Positions 29,688 through 40,101 of a stretch of DNA of 64,000 bases are shown in pieces (the first letter of the stretch is position 1; each line of letters starts with the position of its first letter). The stretch spans positions 53,610 through 117,609 of the forward strand of contig CAYYSJ010000002.1 of assembly GCA_964474445.1 (NCBI GenBank). Direction: 5' to 3'. A program made the position numbers and the translations under genes. Source of the stretch: an uncultured Gammaproteobacteria bacterium (GTDB taxonomy: Bacteria > Patescibacteriota > Microgenomatia > Levybacterales > UBA12049). The notes under the pieces were generated by a model. That model saw nothing but the letters and a program-made list of their open reading frames with translations. It was not told where the DNA came from and made no database searches.

Positions 29688-30527
29688 ATGAAACGGTTGT
29701 TATTTCTTATTCTTCCAATACTACTTGCGATAGCAACATTTACCTCATTTTCTTTTATGCTTTCTCAAAGTACTTCAGGAAAAGGAGCACTGCAGGTAAC
29801 TTCAATTCCAGCAAGTAATGTCTATCTCAATGGAAAACTGGTAGGAAAGACACCTTTTTGCCAATGTGAAGGTAAAGACATGCTTGCTACTGGAGATTAT
29901 ACGTTAAAGTTAGTCCCTCTTGCGGGAGATAATCTTGATACCTACGAACAGAGGATCACTATTACAAAATCAATTCTTACAGTTGTTGATAGGACGTTTG
30001 GTGTAGGAGCTCTTTCAAGCGGATTTGTCATTAACCTTAGCCCTCTTTCAGACAATAATGCTGTACAATTGTTTATCTCCTCATTTCCTTCCGGTGCTCG
30101 TCTTAGTATTGATGGCAACGATTCAGGGCAAACACCATTGCTACTTAAAAATATCACATCATCCGACCACGATCTTGTTCTTGCAAAACCTGGATATAAA
30201 TCTAAGACTGTTCATGTTCAAACTCACCCTGGGTATCAGTTAAATGCAACTGTTTTTCTTGCTTTGCTCCCTCCTGATGCTAGTAGTGCAGCAATATTTG
30301 ATAACACAGGACTGACTCCCATACAAAAGCAAAAAGTGGTCATTTTAAATACTCCAACTGGATTTTTACGTGTGCGCTCTGACCCTTCTTTAGTAGGAAG
30401 CGAATCTGCACAAGTGAGACCTGGTGATATCTTTGAACTAGCCAGCGAACAGGATGGTTGGTATCAGATTAAACTTAAAGATGGAACGTTGGGGTGGGTT
30501 AGTGCTACCTATGCAAAGAAGCAGTAA
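29688..30527 (+). CDS. PEGA-domain plus C-terminal SH3b protein
   Basis: LQVTSIPASNVYLNG...GKTP repeated twice; LRVRS.PS...GWYQI...GWVS. Confidence 0.85.
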   Translation: MKRLLFLILPILLAIATFTSFSFMLSQSTSGKGALQVTSIPASNVYLNGKLVGKTPFCQCEGKDMLATGDYTLKLVPLAGDNLDTYEQRITITKSILTVVDRTFGVGALSSGFVINLSPLSDNNAVQLFISSFPSGARLSIDGNDSGQTPLLLKNITSSDHDLVLAKPGYKSKTVHVQTHPGYQLNATVFLALLPPDASSAAIFDNTGLTPIQKQKVVILNTPTGFLRVRSDPSLVGSESAQVRPGDIFELASEQDGWYQIKLKDGTLGWVSATYAKKQ

Positions 30528-30593
30528 TGAGAAAGACCTTAGGAAATCAGAACTATCAGTCTGAAGTAATTGCCGTGCTACAAGTATGTAAAC

Positions 30594-31538
30594 TTATCCT
30601 CCGAGGAAATAAATGATTCCTATTACAAGCATTGCCCATGCAATGACTGTTATAAGAAGAGGAGTGTCTGATAACAGTACCTTCTCAGGGCTTTCTCCTT
30701 CATGTTTTTCGTAAATGTCCTGCAAATACCGCATGAGGCCATAGACAACAGGAATAATAGTTATCATAAGCCACTTTCTCTGAAAGGATGCTGGAAGAAA
30801 GTCAGGAAGTAGAATGTTGGCCCCTATTTTCAGTCCCCCAGGATTCTCAAAAAATGTAAAGAGTGTATAGAAAATATATGTGGATGTTGCAAAAATAGAT
30901 GCATAAACATTCAGTAAGGATTCAGAATAATGAGAAAGTGTTTTTCGGGTTGCCTCAATTTGGGTTCCTGGCATATGAGAAATAAGAGTAAGTTCAGACT
31001 TTCTTTTTCCAATAGCAAGAAAAAGTGAGAGTGCTACTGTTGTAAGAACAAGCCACACTGAAATATGGTATCCTGTTGCCAATTCTCCTGCGTAGACTCG
31101 AAGCATATATCCAGCTGCCAGAGCGAGAATATCCAACACAGTAATATTTTTCAAAAACATGGAATAGGATAACTGTAATGACAGATAGACAAGGACAAGA
31201 AAAAGAAATGTAGGGCTCAATGAGACAGCAACAATAAGAGATAATGCGATAAGAATAAGAGCAAAGATAATTGCGTAGGAAACTGAAAGATCACCATGGG
31301 CAAGTGGACGAAATCGTTTGAATGGGTGAATTCTATCTTTTTCAATATCAAAAATATCATTAACGATATAAATTGCAGAGGAGAGACCACAGAACACGAG
31401 AAACCCTAGAACACTTCTTGAAAAAAGATTTGGATCAAAGAGACGTCCTGAAAAAATGAGAGCAGCAAAGATAGCAAAGTTTTTAATCCATTGCTTTGGA
31501 CGTAAGAGTTTTAATGTTTTAAAAAGTTTTTTCTTCAT
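30594..31538 (-). CDS. UbiA-family prenyltransferase (decaprenyl-phosphate phosphoribosyltransferase-like)
   Basis: RPKQWIKN, YIVNDIFDIEKDRIHP.KRFRPLA.G, KRKSEL. Confidence 0.88.
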   Translation of the reverse strand: MKKKLFKTLKLLRPKQWIKNFAIFAALIFSGRLFDPNLFSRSVLGFLVFCGLSSAIYIVNDIFDIEKDRIHPFKRFRPLAHGDLSVSYAIIFALILIALSLIVAVSLSPTFLFLVLVYLSLQLSYSMFLKNITVLDILALAAGYMLRVYAGELATGYHISVWLVLTTVALSLFLAIGKRKSELTLISHMPGTQIEATRKTLSHYSESLLNVYASIFATSTYIFYTLFTFFENPGGLKIGANILLPDFLPASFQRKWLMITIIPVVYGLMRYLQDIYEKHEGESPEKVLLSDTPLLITVIAWAMLVIGIIYFLGG

Positions 31539-32598
31539 CGCTTTGGAGTGTTTTATATAAAAATACCAATCCTCCACCAGCAATTGCTAAAAGCATCAAG
31601 ATTGCAAAAAGCTTTCCTGTGCTCGACAATGTCAAAGATACTGCGCCTAATATAGCAGAAACAATATAGTAAAACAAGGCAATACTCCTTTGGGAATACC
31701 CGAGGCGGAGTAGTTGGTGATGAAGATGCAAATTGTCGTGCCAAAAAGGAGATTTCCCTGAAGCAATACGTCTTGTGATAGTAAATAAACCATCTGCCAT
31801 TGGGACTCCCATGACAAGAATTGCCGTTGCCAATTTTGCTCCTGATAAGATAGCCACAACACTTAAAAGAAGATAAATAGATGTTGCACCGTAGCCAGGG
31901 AATATTTTTGCTGGATGAAAGTTATAGAGTAAAAATCCTAAGGCTGCTCCTGCAATAAGAAAAGAAAGTTTAGCGGCAAGAAGAGTGTGCGGATCTGTCC
32001 ATGAGAACCTTAAACTGAGTATTCCTATGACAATTCCTGATATTGCGACAACACCTGGCATTTGTCCATCAACTCCTTTACTCCAGTTCAACATGTTCAT
32101 TGCCCATACAACCCATAACAGTGCGAGCATGTCGGACAAAGGATAAATTGTGTGTGTCCCAAAAAAAGAAAATGTTATTTTGAGAAAATCTAAATGAATA
32201 ATGCCACCAAAGGGATTCGTGACAAATGGTATACCAATTCCTGCACTGACAACAATAAGTGCACAAAGAAAATTAATACCTAACCGGAGATATCGAGAAA
32301 TGTCATATTTATCATCCAGTGTTCCAATAACGAGTGCAAGCAAAGACGCAATAAAAATAGATATTGTTGTTCGGTCAATAGGTAAAGAAAAGAGAGCTCC
32401 TATAAAAATTCCTAAAAATAGAGCAACTCCTCCACCTCGTGGTATTGGTTTGGTATGTAACATTGCTGGATGTTTATGTGTTTTTGGATCGTCGACGTAG
32501 CCAAAACGTTTAATAATTGGGATAAGGAGTGGTGTTGCAATAGCAGTTGAAAGGAAAGCAATAGCAAGTGGAATAATAATGAAAAGAGGAAAATTCAT
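31519..32598 (-). CDS. MraY/WecA family polyprenyl-phosphate GlcNAc-1-P transferase
   Basis: PRGGG, DDKYD, N.LNWSKGVDG, YNFHPAKIF, HLHH. Confidence 0.88.
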   Translation of the reverse strand: MNFPLFIIIPLAIAFLSTAIATPLLIPIIKRFGYVDDPKTHKHPAMLHTKPIPRGGGVALFLGIFIGALFSLPIDRTTISIFIASLLALVIGTLDDKYDISRYLRLGINFLCALIVVSAGIGIPFVTNPFGGIIHLDFLKITFSFFGTHTIYPLSDMLALLWVVWAMNMLNWSKGVDGQMPGVVAISGIVIGILSLRFSWTDPHTLLAAKLSFLIAGAALGFLLYNFHPAKIFPGYGATSIYLLLSVVAILSGAKLATAILVMGVPMADGLFTITRRIASGKSPFWHDNLHLHHQLLRLGYSQRSIALFYYIVSAILGAVSLTLSSTGKLFAILMLLAIAGGGLVFLYKTLQSDEEKTF

Positions 32599-32948
32599 AG
32601 AATCACCTGAAAAATTCTCATTACAAAAATTAACACAAAGAAGGCAAGCGCTGCATTTGTGACAAAAACAAATCGGGCGAGAAGAGGATTTTTTTTGAGA
32701 AACTGAGTACCTAAAAAGAGATTGCTTAGTATGAGAATAAGTGAAAGCAATATTGGGACAAAAATTTCATATGTTCTTCCAAGTCTTTGATATCCCCATG
32801 GCTCGTGGTTATAGAGAGGCAAAAAAGGAGGTAGTTGTCGATATAAGAGAGCAACTCCTGCAACGACAAAAAGAAGAAGACTAAAGCTTATGATAAAGCT
32901 CCACCATGCAACATTGTCTGATTGTAATTGTTTAATAAGTCCTTTCAT
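32595..32948 (-). CDS. Hypothetical three-TM membrane protein
   Basis: LPP.LPLY...WG motif between TMs; operonic overlaps. Confidence 0.7.
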   Translation of the reverse strand: MKGLIKQLQSDNVAWWSFIISFSLLLFVVAGVALLYRQLPPFLPLYNHEPWGYQRLGRTYEIFVPILLSLILILSNLFLGTQFLKKNPLLARFVFVTNAALAFFVLIFVMRIFQVIL

Positions 32949-34407
32949 AGATAATAGCATTATCAAATGTTATTTTCATTTTGTAATGTTTTAATTGATA
33001 TGGCATATTGCCTGCATTTTGAAGAATAATAACATACTTTGGCATTGTTTGTATAAGTGCAGTTTGTGTTTCCTTTATGGTTGTTCCATTTGCTGTAATA
33101 TGGTATGCAACAGTGTATTTCCCCGGAGGAAGGCTATTCGTTAATTTATAAATCTGAGCGCTATTCCCCCAAATGAAAATTTGCTCGTTATGTTTACGAA
33201 CAGTTTGTATATATGCTGCAACATCATAATCTTGGGGGGTCTGTTGATCAAAAAAAGTTTGATATGCCTCAGTTGTTTTTTTACCAGCAGCATAGGATAG
33301 GTAATTTGCGTAATACAAAAATGTTTTATTGTAGTACCAAAAGTTTTTGGCGATAAAAAAGACGATCACAATAAGAAGAATACTATGGAGCACTTTTTGC
33401 TTTTGTTGCTGTATAAGAAGTCCAATGAATAAAGAAAAACTTGCAATGAAAACTAAAAGATAATGTGTATATGGTCGTTGTGAGAAAAGCGCACTAAAAA
33501 GAGAAAAGGAAAGCCAAATATAAACAAAAAGTTGAGTAAGGGAAAAGACTTGTTTTTTCCATAAAAGTATAAGACATAGACCTCCCAAAATAAAAATTTT
33601 TCCAAGTAACAATCCTTGAGGGATAATAAATTGGTTGCCGTAATTTACATACCCCACATTACTAAAGAAGGCTGATTGGAGAAATATTTTAAGCGCTCCA
33701 TGTGTTACAAAAAAGACAATTGTTAGAATGAGTGGAACAAAAAATGCCGAGAGAAAAACTGCGCTATAGGTAAGAGTTTGTTTGATCAATTTGGTAAAGG
33801 AATGGAGTTGAAAATAACAAACAAAAAGGAAAAACCAAAACGCTGCTATATCAAAAATAGCTACAACTTTTATGAGAAATGATATTCCTAGGGCCATTCC
33901 TGCCAGACCTACAAGGATGTAATCTTTATTTACTGTTTGTTTCTTTTGTGCAACATAAAGTATCAGTAGAGCGCTTATTAACGAAGGTAAAACCATAAAA
34001 TTTTCTGCATTTGCAATATTCCCTTCAAGAAACGGAAGTCCTAGGAGAAGTGCAAACAGGAATGTACTAGCATAGTAAGCAGTTTTTTTAGCGAAGAGTT
34101 TTTTTGCAATGAAGAAAAAGAGAAGAACAGCAAGAAGACCAACAATACAAGAAAAAATCTTAACTGGCATTTGATCTCCCTGAAACAGTGAATAGATAAG
34201 ATACAAGAAAGGTGGTTTGTTATCCCAAATGTCCCTATAGAGAAATCTCCCGTGCCGTAGTCCAAGTCCGACCACTTCATAAATTCCTTCATCACCATAC
34301 CAATACGGTTCAAAAAAAGAAGGAAGTCTTAGGAAGAAAAAAAGAATACTTGTTGATAGGACAAACCAAAAGTCGAGGGATTGCTGAAGACGAGTAAGAA
34401 GTTTCAT
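32932..34407 (-). CDS. GT-C fold glycosyltransferase (GT39/ArnT-like)
   Basis: WYGDEGIY, LYRDIWDNKPP, many TM. Confidence 0.82.
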   Translation of the reverse strand: MKLLTRLQQSLDFWFVLSTSILFFFLRLPSFFEPYWYGDEGIYEVVGLGLRHGRFLYRDIWDNKPPFLYLIYSLFQGDQMPVKIFSCIVGLLAVLLFFFIAKKLFAKKTAYYASTFLFALLLGLPFLEGNIANAENFMVLPSLISALLILYVAQKKQTVNKDYILVGLAGMALGISFLIKVVAIFDIAAFWFFLFVCYFQLHSFTKLIKQTLTYSAVFLSAFFVPLILTIVFFVTHGALKIFLQSAFFSNVGYVNYGNQFIIPQGLLLGKIFILGGLCLILLWKKQVFSLTQLFVYIWLSFSLFSALFSQRPYTHYLLVFIASFSLFIGLLIQQQKQKVLHSILLIVIVFFIAKNFWYYNKTFLYYANYLSYAAGKKTTEAYQTFFDQQTPQDYDVAAYIQTVRKHNEQIFIWGNSAQIYKLTNSLPPGKYTVAYHITANGTTIKETQTALIQTMPKYVIILQNAGNMPYQLKHYKMKITFDNAIIYERTY

Positions 34408-34452
34408 ATAACTGCTATTGTTATTATAACAATTATATCAGTTATAGCTAGT

Positions 34453-35946
34453 TTATATTTTCTCTGTTACTTTGTACTCAATCCGTTTACCAAGCATAAG
34501 CTGCGTATGGGAGATCAACGCTGGGAGTGTTGAAAGGAAGAATCCAGCAATGGGGAGAAGCATAAACTCAAGAGGGAATAAGAAGTACTTTATTTTTGAA
34601 ACATGTTTTGTATGTGGACGGTTTCTAAAGTCAATGCCTATCATGATCAGTGTTGAGAAAAGACAGAATGTAAGAATGAGTCCTGCAAGACTTGGTAATT
34701 TATATCCAAGAGTAGTACGGGCAAAAATAGGATTGACAAATGGAATAATATTGGCCGCAACAGTAATAATAAACCAGTTAACTGGCCAAAGAAAATGATC
34801 GAGCAATACGTGATATAACATAAGTGTTTTTCTTACAAAAGGCACACCAGGGACGGTAAACCACCATTTAATAAACAGTGGATCATCAGACACTCCCCAA
34901 GACCAACGTCTTTCTTGCTCATATTTATTCATCAAACTATTCCAATACCCATTTGAAAGAGGAGCATCCATGGAAGTTTTGAGAAAAATTGGTTCAACCC
35001 ATACTTGCCCTTGTAACTTATAAAAGGCTTTAAAGAAAATTCTATAATCTTCAGGTATCACATCAGTATCCCAAAAACCTATTTGATGAAGCATCTTTAA
35101 AGAGAGCGAGTATGTTGAGTTAGAAACAAGTCTATCCCCTTGGATAAGAAGTGCTGTTCTCCACAAGGAACCAAAGAATGACAGAATTCGGATTGGTGCT
35201 GGAACACTCCAGAAATTATTATAATTCACGTTTGCTGACTGCCAGAATTTATTAAATGGCTTTGGGTCAGTTAAAAATTTGTAAGAAAGGTATGCAAAGT
35301 ATTGTTTATCAAAAATAGAATCGGCGTCTACTGATGAAATCGTTGCGTAGTTAACATCAATTTTTTTGTTTTCAACTAACTGTTTATATGCAAGTTGTGC
35401 TCCGAAACTTTCATTGGATGACTTTCCTTTCACCTCTCCTGGAATATCAGGATGATAGCTCGCAAAAATGTCTCCAAAGACCGGTTTAAATTCTTTGATA
35501 AGGCTTTCTGCTTTTTCTTTCGCGTCGGCTTCCCGTTCTTCCATTGCTAAAACAACATAGATTCGTTTGGTTGGAAAAGTTTGATGTGCAATTGATTGAA
35601 TTGTCTCTCGTAGTTTGTGGACTCTTTCTCTATAGTTAGGAATAACTAATATATGAGTCATTTTGTTAAATTGTGGCAAAGTGTGTGTTTTTTCTAACCA
35701 GTTTTCCTTTTCCGCAGTTCGAATTTTTCCTGAGGAAATAAAAGCAGTTGTTGTAAGAGAGAGTGATTTATACAGCCAGTAGACATCAAAGAATAAAATA
35801 AAGTATGCAAGAGCAGCAGGAAAGAAAAGGCCACCCCACAGCGGAAAAAGGATAAGGGTCCAGGATAATACGCCTGGTACTAGTTCTAATGCTCTTCTTG
35901 TTTTTACAGGATATCGAGAAAAGAGTATTTGAAAAAATTTATTCAT
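34453..35946 (-). CDS. GT2 family processive glycosyltransferase-like membrane protein
   Basis: DAD, PED and QERRWSWG (QxxRW) motifs flanked by TMs. Confidence 0.85.
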   Translation of the reverse strand: MNKFFQILFSRYPVKTRRALELVPGVLSWTLILFPLWGGLFFPAALAYFILFFDVYWLYKSLSLTTTAFISSGKIRTAEKENWLEKTHTLPQFNKMTHILVIPNYRERVHKLRETIQSIAHQTFPTKRIYVVLAMEEREADAKEKAESLIKEFKPVFGDIFASYHPDIPGEVKGKSSNESFGAQLAYKQLVENKKIDVNYATISSVDADSIFDKQYFAYLSYKFLTDPKPFNKFWQSANVNYNNFWSVPAPIRILSFFGSLWRTALLIQGDRLVSNSTYSLSLKMLHQIGFWDTDVIPEDYRIFFKAFYKLQGQVWVEPIFLKTSMDAPLSNGYWNSLMNKYEQERRWSWGVSDDPLFIKWWFTVPGVPFVRKTLMLYHVLLDHFLWPVNWFIITVAANIIPFVNPIFARTTLGYKLPSLAGLILTFCLFSTLIMIGIDFRNRPHTKHVSKIKYFLFPLEFMLLPIAGFFLSTLPALISHTQLMLGKRIEYKVTEKI

Positions 35947-35949
35947 ACG

Positions 35950-36011
35950 TTTGGTTCATTGTCTTATTGCTTCATTGTAAAACAACGGAACAGTGGAACA
36001 ATGGGACAATG
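35950..36011. repeat. Inverted arrays of imperfect 8-mers ((TTCATTGT)n / (CAATGGAA)n)
   Basis: ttcattgt-cttattgc-ttcattgt ... caacggaa-cagtggaa-caatggga-caatg. Confidence 0.6.
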
Positions 36012-36818
36012 TTAAGAAATGTGAAATAATTTTTTGGCATTTTGCTCAGTTTGTAGATTTATTTCTTCAAACGATAAGCCTTTCACTTTTGCTAGAAATT
36101 CACCCACTATTATAACATAGCTCGGTTTATTTTGAGTTCCACGGAAAGGAATTGGGGTAAGAAACGGGCTATCTGTCTCAGTAACTATCCTCTCGAGAGG
36201 AGTTGCTTTTGCAATGTCGGCCAATGCCACTGTTTCACCAGGGGCAAGGCCTGGATAGGTACTGTTTCCATCAAATCCTATCATAAAACCCAAATCAAGT
36301 GCTCCCTTAAGAATATTCATGTCACCTGCAAAACAGTGAAACATTCCAGGATAATCACTTCTGAGTAAATTCTTGTGGTGAGTAAGAATTTCCAGAATAT
36401 CTTTTCCTGCATGACGATTATGAATTTGAAGAGGCAGGTTAAGTTTGTGAGCAAGTTCTATTTGTGCTTCAAAGAATTCTTTTTGGAGGTCTGAGTCAAC
36501 AATACCATTGGATTGATATCGATAATAATCAAGACCTATTTCTCCAATACCAACGACTTTTGGTTTTTTGGCGAGGGTTTCAAGTTCTTCAATCCAATTC
36601 GATGAAACATCTTGCTTGTCAGCATGGTGTGGATGGACACCAACAATTGCATATAAATGCTCATACTGTTGTGCTAACTCGACAGCTTTTTCGCTTGAGT
36701 CAATTTTTGTACCTGTATTAATGATGTAGGTGACTCCTTCATCATACGCTTCTTTGATAAGCTCATTATAGTTGCTCTCAAAAGCATGAAAATTTAGATG
36801 GCAATGAACATCAATCAT
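36012..36818 (-). CDS. tatD: TatD family hydrolase
   Basis: IDVHCHL, GVHPH, GEIGLDY, ETDSPFL. Confidence 0.93.
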   Translation of the reverse strand: MIDVHCHLNFHAFESNYNELIKEAYDEGVTYIINTGTKIDSSEKAVELAQQYEHLYAIVGVHPHHADKQDVSSNWIEELETLAKKPKVVGIGEIGLDYYRYQSNGIVDSDLQKEFFEAQIELAHKLNLPLQIHNRHAGKDILEILTHHKNLLRSDYPGMFHCFAGDMNILKGALDLGFMIGFDGNSTYPGLAPGETVALADIAKATPLERIVTETDSPFLTPIPFRGTQNKPSYVIIVGEFLAKVKGLSFEEINLQTEQNAKKLFHIS

Positions 36819-36993
36819 ACGCTAAGTATACTATATACAACTATTTTTCTGTTACTATCATTATATGCTTTTTGTTTTGTAAATTTCATTGCGTTATATC
36901 GTACTTGTTTTTTTGTTTTGCGCCTCATTGTGTCTTTCTATGGATTTCTCCGGGCAGATAGCAATCATGTATAGTTATAGATATACTATTGCT

Positions 36994-37827
36994 ATGGGGA
37001 ATCAGAAAATTGTTGAAAAACAAACTTCCTCTGGTGAAAAGATTGCGTACTATCTAGAAGGAGATGAAAAAAACGCTCCCATTGTTCTTATCTCTGGATT
37101 TACCGGCACTCATGGAGATCTATTAGAATTAGCGCGTCAATTAAAAGATAAGTACTTTATTATTATTCCTGAGTTTCCGGGATGGGGTGATAGTCCAGAA
37201 GGTCATTCCCACCTTACTATTGTTTCCTATGCAAATGTTATTCGAAAAGTGTTAGATGATCTTTCCCTTCGTAAGGCAACTCTTGTTGCTCATTGTATGG
37301 GTGCAACAGTGGCACTTGAAGCAGCGTATCGATTTCCTGAAAGAATAAAAGGACTTATTTTAATAAGTACTCCCTATCAAGATGGTACTGCAGGACAAGT
37401 ATTCTTTCGTTTTATGACTAAGCTCAGTGAAAAGACACCTGAACGTATAAGACCATTATTCTTTTTCTGGCGAAGCAGAATAATAACAATTCCAATAAGT
37501 TTCTTTGTCTTACAAACACGAACCCTAGGAAAAAAACTAAAACTTGTCGAAAAGACATTAACCCAGCAAGCACATCAAGATGAGCATGTCCTCGAAATGA
37601 ATTGGAACAGCTTAGTTCATTATGATTACCAGAAATTAAAAAAGTTATCTGTGCCTGTTCATTTGTTGCATGGGGAGAAGGATCTTCTTGTTCCAATAAC
37701 TCAGGCAGAAAAACTTTCTCATATTCTTCCGCATACAACACTTGATGTCCTCTCTCATGCAGGTCATTTACCTCCTATAGAGACTCCAGAGACGGTAGCA
37801 CATACAATAGAAAAATATTTGGCTTAG
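36994..37827 (+). CDS. Alpha/beta hydrolase (HCMG elbow, Cys in the nucleophile position)
   Basis: PGWGDS, AHCMGA, GEKD, AGH; start re-called at MGNQK. Confidence 0.85.
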   Translation: MGNQKIVEKQTSSGEKIAYYLEGDEKNAPIVLISGFTGTHGDLLELARQLKDKYFIIIPEFPGWGDSPEGHSHLTIVSYANVIRKVLDDLSLRKATLVAHCMGATVALEAAYRFPERIKGLILISTPYQDGTAGQVFFRFMTKLSEKTPERIRPLFFFWRSRIITIPISFFVLQTRTLGKKLKLVEKTLTQQAHQDEHVLEMNWNSLVHYDYQKLKKLSVPVHLLHGEKDLLVPITQAEKLSHILPHTTLDVLSHAGHLPPIETPETVAHTIEKYLA

Positions 37828-37860
37828 TCTTCTTGTTCTCATGAAGACGGACCACCTAAC

Positions 37861-39312
37861 TTATACGATTCGTGGGAAAAGAGGTGTTTGTGCTTTTATT
37901 TCTGGTCCCTTGAACTGTTCTTCGATGGCCTTTGCTGTTGCAGGTAAAAATGGTTCAAGAAGTCCTGCAATTTCTTGCAACCCATCAACAGCATGAGCAA
38001 GCACTGGTTTTACTTGCTTATCTTGATTCTTAACCAACTCCCATGGCTTTTGGGTATCAATAAATTGATTTAATTCTGCTACTTTTCTCCATATAAAAGC
38101 TAGTGCATCATGAAATCTAAATTCATTAATAGCACTTGTATATTCTTCGACCTCTACTAGATGAGCGGAGATTCGATCCTCTGATCCCATTTGGATATAT
38201 CCTGCAGATTCACATAATTTGGCAACTCGGGAAATAAGATTACCAAGTCCATTTGCAAGATCAGCATTGTATACTTCCCGAAGTCGTGTCTCAGAGAAAT
38301 CTCCATCACTAGTCGTTGGAATATCCCGAAGAACATAGTAACGGAATGCATCTACTCCATATTTTTCAACGACTTCGATTGGGTCAACGACATTTCCGAG
38401 TGTTTTACTCATCTTTTGTCCATTGACAGTAAAGTATCCATGAACGAAGAGGGATTTTGGTAATGGCAATTTTGCAGAAAGCAAGAAAGCTGGCCAGTAA
38501 ATAGCGTGGAATCTGAGAATTCCTTTCCCAATAACATGAACATCTGCAGGCCACCACTTCTTATATTTCTCCTCGTTCCATCCAAAGCCAACGCCACTTT
38601 GATAAATATTTAATGCGTCAAACCATACGTACATACGTTGACTATTATCTCCAGGAACTGGTACCCCCCAACCTTTTGCTCGTTCATTAGATCGTGAGAT
38701 GCTAATATCCTGAAGTGTATTCCTTTTTAAGAAGGAGAGCGCCTCATTTTTTCGTGTTGTTGGGACAATTCTCAACTCATCAGACTCCAACAGTTTGATT
38801 AACTCGTCTTGATATTTTGAAAGTCTAAAAAAATAATTTTCTTCAGAAACTTTCTCAAGAGGTTTTCCAGGGTGTTCAAAACACTCTCCATTCTCATTTA
38901 ACTCTTCTGGTTCATAAAATTGTTCACATCCCACGCAGTAAAGACCAGTATAGGTTTTCTTGTAAATATCGCCGTTGGCTACACATAATTCCCATAGCTT
39001 TTGCGATGATTCATGATGCTGCTTACTACTACCTTTTTGAAAAACATCAAATTGGACATTTAATCTTTTTGCAAGCTCTGCAAAAAGATTACTATTAAGG
39101 TCAATAAATTCCTGAACAGGGAGCCCTGCTTTTTCTGCAGCTTGTACATTTTTTAGGGCATTTTCATCTCCACCAGATAGAAGCGTTACTTCCTCACCTA
39201 AAATACGATGAAACCGTGCCAACACATCAGCCTGAACAAATTCAAGCGCATGACCAACGTGCGGCTTGGCATTTACATACGGAATTGCTGTTGTAATATA
39301 AAATTTTATCAT
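37861..39312 (-). CDS. metG: Methionine--tRNA ligase (short form lacking the C-terminal tRNA-binding domain)
   Basis: PYVN..PHVGH, YVWFDAL, KMSKT. Confidence 0.95.
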   Translation of the reverse strand: MIKFYITTAIPYVNAKPHVGHALEFVQADVLARFHRILGEEVTLLSGGDENALKNVQAAEKAGLPVQEFIDLNSNLFAELAKRLNVQFDVFQKGSSKQHHESSQKLWELCVANGDIYKKTYTGLYCVGCEQFYEPEELNENGECFEHPGKPLEKVSEENYFFRLSKYQDELIKLLESDELRIVPTTRKNEALSFLKRNTLQDISISRSNERAKGWGVPVPGDNSQRMYVWFDALNIYQSGVGFGWNEEKYKKWWPADVHVIGKGILRFHAIYWPAFLLSAKLPLPKSLFVHGYFTVNGQKMSKTLGNVVDPIEVVEKYGVDAFRYYVLRDIPTTSDGDFSETRLREVYNADLANGLGNLISRVAKLCESAGYIQMGSEDRISAHLVEVEEYTSAINEFRFHDALAFIWRKVAELNQFIDTQKPWELVKNQDKQVKPVLAHAVDGLQEIAGLLEPFLPATAKAIEEQFKGPEIKAQTPLFPRIV

Positions 39313-39349
39313 GCTCAGATTGTATCAAAGTAGTCAAGGCCAAACAAGG

Positions 39350-39703
39350 TTATTTCTTTTTGTAGAGAGCAAATTCAAGACTGACAACAATGGCTAAAAG
39401 TAGTAAACCAAAGAGAATATGGGTGATGCCAAAGTAACGCAAAAGCAAATAGGCAATGGTCGCTCCTGCTAGTAGAACCCCCTGTAAAAAACTTATTGTG
39501 AAGTATGCGGCTAGTGTATAGACACCTAAGAATAAACCAACAAAGAAGGGGATTAAAAGAGAGATCTTGAGTGATCCAAGAGAAATTATATAATCTGGAG
39601 GAAAGTTGAGAACCAAATATCCAACTATTCCAAAAAAAATGACGCTAAAAATAAGCAGAGGCCAGGGGTGTTTTTTTACTGTTTTTTCTGGTTGGTGCTC
39701 CAT
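39350..39703 (-). CDS. Hypothetical four-TM membrane protein
   Basis: 117 aa hydrophobic ORF with a -10 element 6 nt upstream. Confidence 0.7.
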   Translation of the reverse strand: MEHQPEKTVKKHPWPLLIFSVIFFGIVGYLVLNFPPDYIISLGSLKISLLIPFFVGLFLGVYTLAAYFTISFLQGVLLAGATIAYLLLRYFGITHILFGLLLLAIVVSLEFALYKKK

Positions 39704-39738
39704 TTCTTGAGTATACCATTCATGCTAAAATACATGCT

Positions 39739-40101
39739 ATGCATATCTTTTGGGGAAAAGTACGAAGTGGTGATAAAAGGGGACGAGAGTTAGGATATCC
39801 AACTGCAAATATGTTTCTTCATAAACATTTGGGAGAAGGAGTCTTTGTCTCAGAAGTACAGGTTGATGGAGAGTGGTATCCTGCGTTGACTTTCGTTGGT
39901 AAAGCCAGGACGTTCGATAAGACTGATTATAAAGCAGAGAGTTGGCTTATTGATTTCGAAGAAGATCTTTATGGGAAAATGCTTACTGTAAAACTCTTAA
40001 AAAAACTACGAGGAAATAAAAAATTTGGTTCTGCTAACGATCTAATTGTACAGATGAAACAAGATGAAAAAGACGCACGAGAGTATTTTAGAAATTGTTA
40101 G
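39739..40101 (+). CDS. Stand-alone riboflavin kinase (RibF C-terminal domain only)
   Basis: GDKRGRELGYPTAN, E..LIDF..DLYG, LRG.KKF. Confidence 0.9.
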   Translation: MHIFWGKVRSGDKRGRELGYPTANMFLHKHLGEGVFVSEVQVDGEWYPALTFVGKARTFDKTDYKAESWLIDFEEDLYGKMLTVKLLKKLRGNKKFGSANDLIVQMKQDEKDAREYFRNC

